A stretch of 64,000 bases of DNA from Diadema antillarum (Eukaryota), in assembly GCF_040938485.1 (NCBI RefSeq), contig NW_027272106.1, positions 496,001-560,000 of the forward strand. The letters are read 5' to 3'. A program made the position numbers and the translations under genes. A model generated the notes under the pieces. That model was given only the letters and a program-made list of their open reading frames with translations. It did not search any database and was not told where the DNA came from. This document shows positions 49,355 to 61,806 of this stretch, piece after piece (the first letter of the stretch is position 1; every line of letters starts with the position of its first letter).

Positions 49355-49528
49355 GTTATTGCAGCGGAGGGAGAGCAAAATGCATCCAGGGCCCTGAAGG
49401 AGGCAGCAGACACCATCTCAGAGTCGCCCACAGCCCTCCAGCTGCGCTACCTCCAGACCCTCAACACCATCTCGGCCGAGAAGAACTCCACCATCATCTT
49501 CCCCCTCCCCATTGACCTCCTCAAGTAA
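49355..49528 (+). CDS. STOM: Stomatin exon ([18 protein letters not shown]...FPLPIDLLK); ends at TAA 49526-49528 if unspliced, or at 49524 if the overlapping GTAAGT donor is used
   Basis: ccaacag|49355. Contains the oligomerisation region [10 protein letters not shown]...[10 protein letters not shown]. The sequence ctcAA/GTAAGT is both an in-frame stop and a consensus donor. Confidence 0.95.
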   Translation, partial: VIAAEGEQNASRALKEAADTISESPTALQLRYLQTLNTISAEKNSTIIFPLPIDLLK

Positions 49529-50464
49529 GTCGACGGTCATACGCCCTCTCTTGGCAAAGGCGTGGCACGTCACCACTCATTTGCAATTCAAAATTCAGCG
49601 TAAAAGTTGCTTTCCAAATATGATGCACATACACTTAGTCTTTTATCTCTTCACAAAATTCTTTAAATGTTGCATGAGTCGGTTTCCAGTAACACCTCAA
49701 AATATTGACTCTGATCAACTGAGAGGATTCATGGTTTCTTGGCATTTTCTAAAGAAGCAGTTCTTCTATCTTAATCTAAAGCGTAGAAACAGAATTGAAG
49801 GAAAATACAAACTTTCTTCTTTTTTTTTTTGCTTACCCTTGCTTTTCCAATCTTATGTCGTTTAGTTCACTGTTTCATTTTTGAGGAAAATGATATTGCA
49901 CATTAGGACCCTACTTTTCAAAACTGGCAGAAATAGCATTGGTGCTGTGGAATATTAGTGAATAGGATGTTTACCAGGAATATGGCATATTTCAGAGTTA
50001 TTTGATAATCTCTTTTTTATTTATGATATAGTGCTTATTGTGTTTGGACTGTAGAACAGCTAGTGAACTTCAAAGTTTTTTTTTGCTCAAAATTAGCAGT
50101 TCAGAACTTCTCAATTTTTCTACCACAAAAAAGTTATACACCTTGCCAAAGCTAAGGATATATATATATATATATTCATAAAATCTGGCCCCAACCACAA
50201 GGTTTGCATGTAGTGATCAATATTGGATGCATTGAAAAGGGGGGGGGGGGATGGTTCCCTGGCCTTTAGGCACTATCATGACAAGCAAACATAGTCTAAA
50301 ACATTAAAAAAAACATATTTCTGAAATTTATATATCATTATGTATGTTAATTTTCCAGCCATGGGATAGCTGTGCAAATAGCTAATAGTTAGTAGTAGCC
50401 AATATTCATATGGTTGTCTCCCCCTTTTATTATTTCACTGGCCTCTGATTAAAGATAGTTGCCC

Positions 50465-50555
50465 TTAACCCATTGAGGACGGACTGATTTTGCTACAATA
50501 CATTTCCCATAGACACTTCCCCGAGTATACTGGGGACTTGTCCTCAATGGGTTAG
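50465..50555 (-). mobile_element. TTAA MITE family A
   Basis: ttaacccattgaggacggactg...gtcctcaatgggttag. Confidence 0.85.
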
Positions 50556-51392
50556 CTGCATAGCAGCAAGTTCCTCCTTTTGTAGATTTCAAAGTGACAG
50601 TGCAATTGAATTTAACTGCCAGATTGGCCTAATTTCACAGTGTCCATCTATATTCGGTGACCATTTTTAACATACAGTGGCAATGCGCACCTCTTTTTGG
50701 TACTTTTCTGTTACATGAAAAAAACCAACCTTAGTCTGACTGACAGTCATGAAAACTATGAAATAATGTAAATTGAATTGCATGCATTTTATACTCTTTT
50801 TCAAGGTCTTTTTTCTGCTTCCTATTATTTTGGCCTGCATTGCTTACCTTCTCAATTCCAATGCAAATTGACTTCACATGCAAAATCTAACTGGTCATTC
50901 ATGCTTTCAGTAGTGTTCAGAAGGCTTGAAATACAATCTTGCATATTGGCATTCTTCAAGTCATTCTTAAGGTGTGTTTTTTTTTGGTCATTTTCACAGC
51001 TGGTTTGACCCACTGCACATCATTGTTATGAAGTGATGTTAAATGAAACCATGCAAAGTCATTGTCATTTTTAAAACGAATTGCAAAAGAGTGTGCATAT
51101 CAGTTATGTTTACCTGCATTCTAATGCATGGCATATGGCATATAGATGTGGTTCCATTAAAAAGAAAAGAAAAAAAATCTAGATTAAATCTGATGATGAT
51201 ATTGGTTTTGATGAAAATGTTTGTTATTCTTTTATCAAATTTCAGATGATTTTGGACATACATGTATTGTTTCAGTTTGCATCATATGCTTATTAAAAGT
51301 GTAAATGAGTGACACCTGCATATTATCTGTTTTGAAAGACTGAAATCATACTTGTTCATCATCTCTGTGCCTTTTTCTCCCCTTTCTTTCAG

Positions 51393-51414
51393 ATATCAAG
51401 AATATAGATTTTAG
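51393..51414 (+). CDS. Candidate terminal coding exon of the stomatin gene (K-YQEYRF*)
   Basis: Strong polypyrimidine acceptor ctttttctcccctttctttcag|51393, phase-compatible with the 49524 donor. Other candidates exist at 49866 (NSLFHF*) and 51000 (NWFDPLHIIVMK*); sequence alone cannot choose between them. Confidence 0.3.
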
Positions 51415-53117
51415 CCATTGCATTTGTGTATTATTGTTCAAATGAAATGTGACATTTTAAATTCATCTTGATGCTCTTAGTTCTTCCAAGTTTGGAATGT
51501 TACAATTGAAACATCTGGGTCAACCTCTTTTAACGAGTCACATTTTGTTCTATCCTTCATACTCCTGTGCTCCATTCTTGGTTTCATGCATAATCATTTT
51601 GTTCAACACTTCTTTTATCTCAAACTTCTTTTCTTTATCTGATGCACAGGAGCCTACAGAAATAAGCATGAACTGCATTTTCATTGTTACTCCTGGCTTG
51701 AAACTTCTTCACATTCATAGGTATGCTTTCCTTCATGGATAACATGAAATACTTTGCACTTTGCCATTGTGACTGCACCCGGGGGAACTTGCAAGCTCTG
51801 ACTTCAATGTCTTATGTGTTTGTTTGTTGCAAAGTGTAGTCTTGAAATTCTCTATTACCATGTTGTGAAAGTGGACAGATTGTCACATTAGTGATGTTGT
51901 TTACATAGGAGAAAGGCATTAGAGTAAGACTACAATGTGCCCATTAATTTGACCATTCCGGTTGATGCCCGCTCTTCCTTTAAATATCAGTGTATAGAAT
52001 CATGTGTACACAGTACTTTTGTTTGTTTTTTGCTTTTTGGCATTGAATTGTGACAACATAAATCAGCATGCCAATCTAAAGCAGATGAATTATCAGATTT
52101 CCGAGAATTGTGACTCAAGTAAATTTATAAGTAAATAAAAACTTGATGAATAGCTTATTATTCATATTGATAAACATGGTGTTCATATCCCCTCCAGGAA
52201 AAGTGTAAGTAGACAGGTGATGACTTAGGTTCCTAAAATAAGGCTATCCCAATAGGCAAAACTCGTCACAGCAAGGTGTTTTCAAATTGCACTGCCATTA
52301 TACACAGTGTACTCTGTATAACTTGAATTGTATAGGTGCAGCAATGAAATACATGTATGTATGTTTACTTATTCAATCACATCATGCACTGTACATGTAA
52401 GTGCAAATGATGCTAATATGTGTCCTGTCAGCCATTGTGTCTAACCTGCTATTTGTTCTAATTGTGGTCAGCCCTTATCTTAATTTAGTCATTCCATGAC
52501 ACAATTTAATACTTGTTTTTAATTTTCTTTTGTTCTGCTGTAGTACCGTTCATATAGCATGTTGACTGCAAAATCTAAGTGTTATTTATGCCCGTAGTTT
52601 CTTTTATCTTTTCTTTGCACAAGGGTGCAAGGTTGCTAATGTGAGATCTTACTTTTCTTTTGCACACAAATAAAGTCAAATCTAACACTGATTTTGGACT
52701 TGGCTTGCTGCAAACATATGCCTGTATAACATGTAATTTTCATTTTATTTTTTTTTCCAAGCATATTCATGCTCAACCTTTTTAGCATATTATCATCATG
52801 GCAATTCCAATTAAGTATGGTTGCGACAGAGTATAATCCCTTCATCTATTAGACTTTTGAGGCTCGTCATCTCCTGTATCCTGAAACCATTTCTTAAATG
52901 ACTTTATTAGGATTCCTGTGACCTTGCCACATTCCCTGTGTCCTATTGATCCTTGCATTGCTTAAATTAACCCAATTCATTCTTTTTGAATTGTGCTTTC
53001 ACATTGAGTTTGGTCCTTTATAAAGGAATTATGACATGAAAAGAATTCCTTTGACAAAAAAATCCATGCAGTATCTTGTCTTAAATATAAAGCAATGTTT
53101 TTGTGAGTGTCTGTTTA

Positions 53118-53418
53118 GGCATTTTCACATCAGCCCAATGTTTCGAAATAGCACGCTATTTCTGACTTGGGAAATTAACCCAATCACGAAATAGCATGCT
53201 ACTTGATAATGTGAATACAAATTAGCGCATTTATTGATCAAGAAAATTTCTCTAGTCCAACACGGGAAATTTCCGAAATAGCAGGATACTTAATGAGAAC
53301 TAGCACGCAATTTGATAATGTTGGGGCTGATGTGAATAGGAAATGAAATAACGCGCTAATTTGCAATCGCGAAAAATATCTCGAGCTTGGATTTTTATCG
53401 GGCTGATGTGAAAACGCC
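53118..53418. mobile_element. PIF/Harbinger-like MITE
   Basis: TIR ggcattttcacatcagccc / gggctgatgtgaaaacgcc, flanked by TTA and TAG. Confidence 0.8.
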
Positions 53419-54535
53419 TAGTGTGTCTGTGCATCCATGTTTGTGTGTGAGTGTGCCTGTGTGTGCTAACTTTTGAGGCCATATACTATCATTAAGTGGA
53501 AGGATAATGCTCTTAATGTATTTATCATTCTTTTCTCCCCAAATTCCCCCACCCTACATATGCTGCATACTGGTTAAGTGATGACTAAGCTTGTATCCCG
53601 ATAGACAATTTGATCTCCAAATTATGCAGTCTATAAAATGAGACTAGATTGGTTTAAGGAAATTATTCTTTGTGTCTCAAAAAAGCTTAGCATTATTCGC
53701 TTCCATGAAGAAAAAGACATCGATCTGGACAGAAAAGTGTGTATTGTGTGTATGCACATGTATAAGTAAATGTACAAAGATGATTGACACAATTATAATC
53801 ATGCTCATGTAGGGCAAGTCATAGTTTGTGTCTGATTAAAATTCTGATGGTATTAATTTTATCAGCTTTTCTTCGAAATTACTGTCTTTGTTGGTTTGAA
53901 TTTTGTATTGCAGAAAATGTCTCTTGCAGTTTTTAGAGGGTATGCAACATGTATGCAATGTATACGTTGTCCAAGGCAGTATGTGGTCTAATTTGCATGT
54001 ATTTGTTTCTACTTTGTGTCACATTGCAGCAGCGTAACCAAGAAATAGTAGCAGCAATCAACCAAGCAAGCAAACAGTTATGGAGAGGAGAGATTGGAGG
54101 CCACCAAGACATTTTGGTTTCTCTTCTGTACCCAACCCATGCCAGCTCTTCTGAGAACTACTCCACTACATCCCCATTTTTATATAAATACATATATATA
54201 ATTATACATGTATATTACTGTGTATGAAAGAGACAATGTACGTCATAAAAACTTGAATCCTATGCTGTGTTTGTGGTGTAATCTGAGTAATTTCTCGCAA
54301 ACAGTGTATACCATAGCTTTGGATGAGTGAACATTTTAAGTCAAGCTGTGCATTTAAGTGTCTACCCTAAGCTTGTTTCAAAGAATTCTCACATGCAGTG
54401 TTTGCTTTAAGAGTCAAATCAGTGATAGTGATCGAGGGAAATGGCAGAATTGATCATGACATCAGAATAATACAAAGGGAAGGAAAGATCCACAACTCAA
54501 AATTTTAATCCTTTGAGTTCTGCTAAGGAGGAGCT

Positions 54536-54694
54536 CAGGGGTAGATCCAGAAATTCTTCAAAGAGGGGACGCCTTTACAAAATTAAAGGGGGGTGCACGT
54601 GCTCCCCCTCTATTTTTCTTTTTATTTATTTTGTTTCAACAAAAAATAAAGGCAGGTGCGTGCCCAGTGTGCCCCCACCTGGATCCACCACTTG
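54536..54694. mobile_element. hAT-like MITE (caggggtagatccag ... ctggatccaccacttg)
   Basis: Imperfect TIRs; no convincing TSD. Confidence 0.6.
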
Positions 54695-55274
54695 AGCTTT
54701 AAGTTAAAAGAGACACTGGTTGAAAAGCATTTGTTTTATTTTGGTTTTTTTTTTTTGTTTTTGTTTTGCATCCATTTCCTTTTTCTTGACAAATACAACC
54801 ACACACATCACAAGATGATACACCGTGAAGTCATTATCAGGTGTATAACAAATATTGTGTTTGTTTAATGACCACTGTTCAGCAATTGACAGAACTGTTC
54901 ATGTGTGCAATGTTCTAAGGAAGTCTTGAACTTTATTGGAACAAAAATATGGGAGGGCAAAATGCTACTTACGCTTTTAAAGAACTTTATGCTCAAAATA
55001 TATTCTATGACAAGATTAATTGCATTTTCATCTGTATGGATCCATCACAGTGCACCAATGCTTACTTGTAGATCAGAGAAAAATGCAAAAACACATTGCC
55101 CAGCATCTAGCAGTACTTTGACCACTACTGCTATGAATTTGTATGGAAGTGGTACACATTTTATGTCGGAAAGTTGAATACATGTTATAAGACTTGCAAT
55201 TTCAAAAGTAAATCTTACTCGAAATAGGATTGACATCAAAGTCTTTATTTGTTGTACAATGAGCTGTTCATGGT

Positions 55275-55572
55275 GGGTGCTGTTTGTTATTCCGAAGGTT
55301 CGCTATTACGAAGGATCGTTATTCTGAAGGTTCGTTATTCCGAAGGTTCGTTAATCCGAAACACACAAATTCCCTATACCTACTGGTTCGTTAATCCAAA
55401 AATGAAAAAGGGTTCGTTAACCTGAACATTTGTGGTGTTATTCCGAAGGTTCGTTATTCCGAAGATTTGTTGATCCGAAAATGAAATTCGGAATAACGAA
55501 CCTTCGGAATATCGAATCTTCGGACTGACGAGCCTTCGGAATAACGAACCTTCAGAATAACGAGCTGTAACC
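55275..55572. mobile_element. GG...CC-ended MITE with 9-bp TSD (Merlin-like), built of 16-bp ttattccgaaggttcg repeats
   Basis: Flanks gttcatggt (55266-55274) and attcatggt (55573-55581); ends gggtgctgtttgttattccg / aataacgagctgtaacc. Confidence 0.78.
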
Positions 55573-56072
55573 ATTCATGGTTACGATAGTTGCCTATAAA
55601 GAAGTATCTGTCTGTTTTCCCCTCCCACAATTTTTGCTGTATTGTCCTTTAACCTGCTGAATGTGTATGCCACTAGTTCTCATGTCGGACATATAGTTTT
55701 GTGCTGTTGTGATCATGTCATTTCAGTGCTTTAAACGATTTCTACAAACAATGTGTAAAATACACAAACCTTTTATGAAATTCAATTCTATTCTTACAGT
55801 GTTTATATGCCAGTGTCCTTAAAGTGCAAGTAAAATTTAGGGCAAATTTTTAGTTTGATTTTAGTTACTGTTTTGAAGTTTTATCTTGGTATTAATTACA
55901 CAGTTTACCATCATTTCTTAAGGGATTTTGTTTTGTCTGTTTTCATTCTTTAATCAGTATTAACACAGATTTAGCATTCTACACATAGTAACCAATCACA
56001 TTAGGATTTGATAGCATATTAGTGACAGGTTTTTTAAGCTTAGGAGGCAGCTTCAAGGTGGCAGCTTACATA

Positions 56073-56614
56073 TACAGTGCACTCCCGTTATAACGAAATG
56101 CTCGGGACCGGCAGTTTTCTTTCGTTATAACGAAATTTCGTTATAACCAAACAAATACAATATATAACGAAAACAAGGAACCACGTATATATATCATATT
56201 ATGTTTGCTGAATACTCATTATACACTGGAAAGCTATGTGAAATGTGATGGGATAACTGTATTACAATAAACACAAACAAACACAAACACAAATAAATAC
56301 AATAAACTGTGCGTGACACAAGGAGCGAACACACGTGGTGTGAAGCGTTCACCCATGCAGAGACGCTATAAATGCTTGTTCCGCTACGTATTTTCGAAAG
56401 CAATTCGCATTTCGTTATAGTGGAGCACATTTCTTTTGTTTTTCTTTGTCTGTGGCGCTCGGAAAAGACTTCGTTATACGGAAATTTCGCTATAACCGTG
56501 TTTGTTATAAGCGAATTTTGTACCATAGACTTTAATGGTGATAATTTTTGGACCAGAAGATTTAATTCATTATAACGAAATTTCGTTATAACCGTCTAAC
56601 GGGAGTGCACTGCA
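56073..56614. mobile_element. Tc1/mariner-like MITE
   Basis: TA-cagtgcactcccgtta ... taacgggagtgcactg-CA; repeated cgttataac motifs. Confidence 0.85.
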
Positions 56615-57340
56615 TACACTTCTTGTGCGTCTTGAATACTCGCATAAAACCGATCACACATGCGTTTGGTCGGAACATAGTCTGAGTTGAAACATGGTCG
56701 TGAAAGACAAAGGCATGATTTCTTTCAGCCCTGCCTGTGTGCAGTGACGCTATCACTGATGCTCAGCCCTTAAATAACATAGTCTGTTGCCTTCATTTCA
56801 GATGCGTTGAATTATTTTAACAGAATAAGACATGAAATTCCAGTCACTGTATGTATATGATGTCAGCGTTCTTCATTTCATAGATTTTTAATAGCTATTA
56901 CAACATGTAATTTGAATTTCTTCATCAGAGTTTGCATGTTAATTGGACACAGGCAAATTATATACTGTGATGCAATTTTTTTAAAGAGATCCCAACTGAT
57001 TACCAAGTAATTACTAAGATGTATTTGTATTTTGTATATGTTCTGTATTTTGATTATTATTACTATTTTGCATGCTTACATGTGATATACTCAAAATGTA
57101 TCGGGGTTTTTTTTTTAGCTGTAAGATTGATAACCCAAGTCATATTTTATATATTACCAGCCTTGTGATACACTACCCATGCTGTCTGTATCTAGGTGTA
57201 GCACTGATCAAAAACTAGATGTAACCCTGATCTTCATAACTGTTATAATGTATAGATAATTGAGCAAATATATTCGTGTTTTTGTTTGATGGTAGAGGAA
57301 GTTGATGTGTCTTACAGTTCACATCTCCCTTTAATTTGAA

Positions 57341-57523
57341 CTGGGCCCCGTTGCAAGAAAGTTGCAATCAATTGCAAATAATTGCTAATTTTGAAACAAC
57401 CATTCTGATTGGCTTAGGGTCTGCCCTATTAAGAAGACATGCATGCAACAATGATTTTGATTGGCCAGTGACAATCAGTTGCAAGTTGCGTTTAAACGCA
57501 AAGTTTCTAGCAACGGGGCCCTG
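57341..57523. mobile_element. Family D-related palindromic MITE
   Basis: ctgggccccgttgcaagaaa vs tttctagcaacggggccctg. Confidence 0.78.
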
Positions 57524-58797
57524 GTTTCATAAAGTTGCACATGTACATCACATGCAAACACAAGCAAACGCAAGCAAATTTTGAAGACAGACAGAGAGAC
57601 TACAACAACCACAACAGCACTGAGAAAACTGTGGTGCTTGTAGATCTTCGTGTAATCTTGATTAAGTAGAATCCTTTTAGTCTTGTTGTCTTTCAAATGA
57701 AAACCTATAGCACATAATTCTCGCTATACATATATGTGTAACGGATACATTGTGGGTGAATTTTCAGCAGTTGGATAGAGCATTTGTATCCAAGCACAAT
57801 ATCCAGCTGAGCAGCAAGTCAATCTATGATGTGTTGATTAATAAGATTCTTGAGGTGTTGGTTTGCAGATGGAAATAAAATGGAATATTGAAATGGAGAT
57901 AAATAAATCACATTTGTATTTTTATCAACCTTGCAAGTGTAGAAGAAGTATATACAGCCATATTTTTAATGATTTGCTTATACAAATTTAGAATGGACCA
58001 TTGTGAAGTAAAATGTCTCTACTCTTCCTTTCTGTTTTCTGCAATGAATGAAATTTTAGTGAGAATAACAACTTCTTATGTTTTTCTATATGTCATATGT
58101 AAAATAGAATTTATCTACATATTGTAAAAAGAAATATGCATCAGAAGTTAAATCATTTCTACATTTTCGTAGTTCCATCAGTTGTTTTCAGAAAAATCAA
58201 GGTAGTAGTCTTAGTACCCATATTTATTGCAATATCATGGTTGGTCAAAAGTCAATATCCCCGAACAAATAGTATTTTTTTGCGTTGGGATACAAAGCGA
58301 ATGTGGTTTCATTTTGCTTTCTTTTATGGTCCCCTTTCATGTCGACCAAATTCTGATCAACTTGAACATTTTTCATCCTGAGTTTGCTGGAAAAAAAAAT
58401 GTAAAGAGACTTAATTAGCTATTTCTGCAAGACATGGTATGAAGTCTGTACATCAATTACATTTGCCAAAATAATGCATAGAGATAGATAAACAGCTGTA
58501 TCCTTGTTGATGTTCGGAGAGTAAATACTGTATTTTTGCACTATTACGTGGCAATTACTCATTGTCTTGTGTAGGTGTTCATGAAAGCATTTCATATGAT
58601 GTGCAACTGTTAATAAATATTGATACACTTGATGTTCGATGAAGTACAACTTTTTATCTTGTGATTTCTGTGGGCTTTGTCTTACAAACCTTTTTTTTTA
58701 GACACCCGGGTGAAATGATTAAGTAGATTGTAAGACAATAAGGTATTAAATTGAAGAAGTCTTATATTTAGGGAATTCACATATCAGCACACACACA

Positions 58798-59170
58798 CAG
58801 GGCCGGCGGAGCGTTTTCAAAAGTGTGGGGGCCCACTTCCGGGTTTCATGAGCTAACAAGCAAAAAAAATAAAAGGTCCTCGGCTCATCTCTCCCCTTCC
58901 ATTTCCGGGTTTTGTCTGCTGACAAGCAAAAAAAAAAAAACAAACAAAAAAAACGTGTTTTTTTTTTTTTTTTTCAGTGGAAAAACATAACCTTACCGCG
59001 CTCACACTTCAAGACCTCTATCTATTTCTATTCAGTGTGCCACTTACGTACTTCCGGGTTAAAAAAAAAGTGTGGGGGCCCGAAGTGATGCACCTTATGT
59101 ATTCCCTTGTATGGTGCACAAAAAGTGTGGGGGCCCGAGCCCCCACGGCCCCCATGGTTCCACCAGCCAT

Positions 59171-59171
<1 letters not shown>
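58798..59171. mobile_element. hAT-like MITE inserted in a CA microsatellite
   Basis: cagggccggcggagc vs gttccaccagccatg; three aaagtgtgggggccc subterminal repeats; CA runs on both sides. Confidence 0.7.
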
Positions 59172-59208
<37 letters not shown>

Positions 59209-59323
59209 CTGCTTTATGTAACTATCAGCTTTAGGGAGACATTACGCTCATAATTTATTAACGAGTCACACGACCACAGAGAGGCAATTCATTTTGTGTT
59301 TCCGTAATAGTTTTCACTTGTAT

Positions 59324-59500
59324 TACAGTGCTCTCCCGTCATAACACACACGGTTATAACAAAATATCGGATACAATGAAATGAAAATTAAGGTTCAAAT
59401 ATAGCCATCTATTATGTATCTTTGTGTTCTTAAGTTGTTTGGTTATAACAACATTTTGGTAAAACGAAAGAAAACTTCGTTTAATAGGGAGTCGCCTGTA
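59324..59500. mobile_element. Degenerate Tc1/mariner-like MITE related to 56073-56614
   Basis: TA-cagtgctctcccgt ... gggagtcgcctg-TA. Confidence 0.55.
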
Positions 59501-60279
59501 TATCCCATTCAATCGCAGACTTTACTGCTGACATTGCTATCTACACAATGTCTTAAGCTGGATCCAGAGTTGTTTTTTATACACATTTATAAATACATGA
59601 TTATATGTATTTACACATACATACACACACATACATACATACACACATGCATATATTGTATACATGTGTATGGTTGTAAGTGTGTGTGTGAGATGAGCAT
59701 GAGGTTAAAACGCTTCTTAGGAATTGATCCAAATTCATTGAGCAGTGGTGCACATATTTAACTACTTGCCTTGAAAATAGGTTGGTCTTTTCATTCAACT
59801 GTAGCCTCTAAGGGCCCGCGATGCTGAGCTAACATCAAGACCAGCAAAATTATCTGGGCAATGATAACATTTTGGAAAAAGAATCTGTTTTCTTTATGTT
59901 TTCGTGGGGCATTATTGTGTTGATTTTATGTCGGCGACCACATCATACTTATTTCATTCAAGGCATTGTGGTAAGTACAACTCTAGCTACAAAAATGGTT
60001 CTGCAAATGACAATGATGTTTGCACTTGCACTGACAGGGCAAACATGGAAGGTAACAAACGGCGATCAAGACTTTGGCACCATTGCCACTATAGGGAGAA
60101 ACATTAATACAATTTCAGTCGATTGCAATTTATAGACAGGTAAATTAATGCACAACTATAGTTTGAAGGAAATTGAAACAACGAATTTCACATGAATCTG
60201 GCCCAAAATAAGGAATACAAAATTGGCACATACATAAGTATAAAGTTGTATATATGGATCGTGTTTTGGTTGTTAATTT

Positions 60280-60640
60280 TCATGAAAGATCACATGTAAA
60301 GGTGATCGTTCTTCGTCCGGCGTCCGTCGTGCGTCGTGCGTAAGCCTCTTACATTTTCATCTTCTTCTTGAAAACCCCAAGACCAATTTTCAACAAACTT
60401 GGCAGGTAGCATCCCTAGGGGGTTAGAAACTCAATTTCTTTAAATGGGCACCATGCCCCACCCAGGGGGCCCCCAGGGGGGCCGAAACCCCCAAAATTAA
60501 GGAATCTTTAAAAATCTTCTTCTCTAGAACCAGAAGTGATAGAGCTAAGTTAATACTATGAGTTAGTACATTGATGACTGTAGTTTCAAGTTTGTTCATG
60601 GCAGAATTAGGGGTGCCCCCAAGGGACCCAGGAGAGGGGG
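60280..60640 (+). mobile_element. Partial Helitron/Helentron-associated non-autonomous element (HINE-like)
   Basis: cgtccggcgtccgtcgtgcgtcgt microsatellite followed by acattttcatcttcttc...ccaattttcaacaaacttggca, the body typical of these elements. Boundaries approximate. Confidence 0.65.
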
Positions 60641-61172
60641 TAGGGTAACTTTGTTTTAATAGCTAGTTACAGTGTCTACTGTTGGCTTTCCACATTGTGC
60701 GGAAAAAATGTTGAACTGTACTGAGTGACATTTTGTTTTGTTTTTTTCTTTTCCTGGATGTAATATTTTGCATCTTAAACTGCCAATTTGTTGTCTTTTT
60801 CGGGACCTTTAATAACACATGGATATGTGTGTTCTTTCTTCGTGTTAAGCGCAAGGTATTTGGAAATGTCTAACGTTTTTGTTTTTGTTTATAGACATGC
60901 ATTTGAATAGATATTCAATTCGCGTATGTACAATGCGTGTCAAAAAAAGAAAGGAAATCCAACTTTGGAGTCACGTTTGTCTGCAACAAAGAACAATCTA
61001 TGTTGACTGTGAAGAACGGGGGATTCTTCCTCTTTTCATTGATACCTAATTATGCTGACAAATATCATGCATGACTGAGCTCGTGAAATTTAATTGCAAC
61101 AATGATAAATTGCACTTTTTCCAAGTTTGAGTGTTCTCGTGAAGGAACAGTGAAAGTCTCGCTGAATGGATG

Positions 61173-61436
61173 ACTCTAAAAAAAATCGAGTGAAAATATT
61201 CACTCTTGAAGAAGTGAATACAAAAAAGAGAGAATTTAGAGTGAAAGCGTTCATTTTCACTCATTTTGAAGTGACCTCAGGGATCACTTCGAAGATTTTG
61301 GAATGATCCCTGACGTCACTCTAAAATGAGTGAAAATGAACATTTTCACCCGAAATTCACCCCAATTTCACTCTAAATTCACTCTTTTTTGTATTCACTC
61401 CTTCAAGAGTGAATATTTTCACTCGATTTTTAGAGA
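61173..61436. mobile_element. Near-perfect ~265-bp palindromic MITE
   Basis: ctctaaaaaaaatcgagtgaaaatattcactcttgaag vs cttcaagagtgaatattttcactcgatttttagag; repeated GAGTGAA motifs. Confidence 0.85.
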
Positions 61437-61472
61437 GGATATCTGCCAATGGAAGTGGTCAAAATTAACAAC

Positions 61473-61806
61473 AGCCCAGCCTGCACGACTGCAGGTCAGC
61501 TGTGTTTAGGGTTTCTTCTAACCTGTTATTGTTCATAATCTTCAACATGGCCACGTTGTCCATAACTTGGGCTCTCCCCCAAAGGCTTACCCACTATCCA
61601 TTTTCTCTTTTCATATTCAAGACATCGTTTGTCGCTGCGAGCTGTGTGTTGAATATGGAAGGAAAAAAATGACTGTGTGGGTTTGCCTTTGTGAGAGTAA
61701 GTTATGGGTTAAGTGGCCATGCTATAAAGGTTATAGACCATAAAATGTTAGAAGAAACTCTAAACACAAGCCATAAACACAAACTTGCACTCGTGCAAGC
61801 TGGCCT
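61473..61806. mobile_element. Harbinger-like MITE with ~80-bp imperfect TIRs
   Basis: agcccagcctgcacgac...tttagggtttcttctaac...catggccac vs gtggccatg...gttagaagaaactctaaa...tcgtgcaagctggcct. Confidence 0.7.

Noticed and set aside
55275-55572. CRISPR-like repeat array
   Set aside because: The repeats are contiguous with no unique spacers, arranged as inverted arrays inside a TIR/TSD element, in a eukaryotic genome with no cas genes.
52134-57907. Specific polyadenylation site for the stomatin gene (AATAAA at 52134, 57874, 57902 and others)
   Set aside because: AATAAA is frequent in this AT-rich DNA, so the true site cannot be chosen without transcript data.
61591-61641. Minus-strand 51-bp exon-like segment (RSDKRCLEYEKRKWIVG) with good splice signals
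   Set aside because: It lies in the interior of the 61473-61806 MITE and has no phase-compatible neighbour exon.
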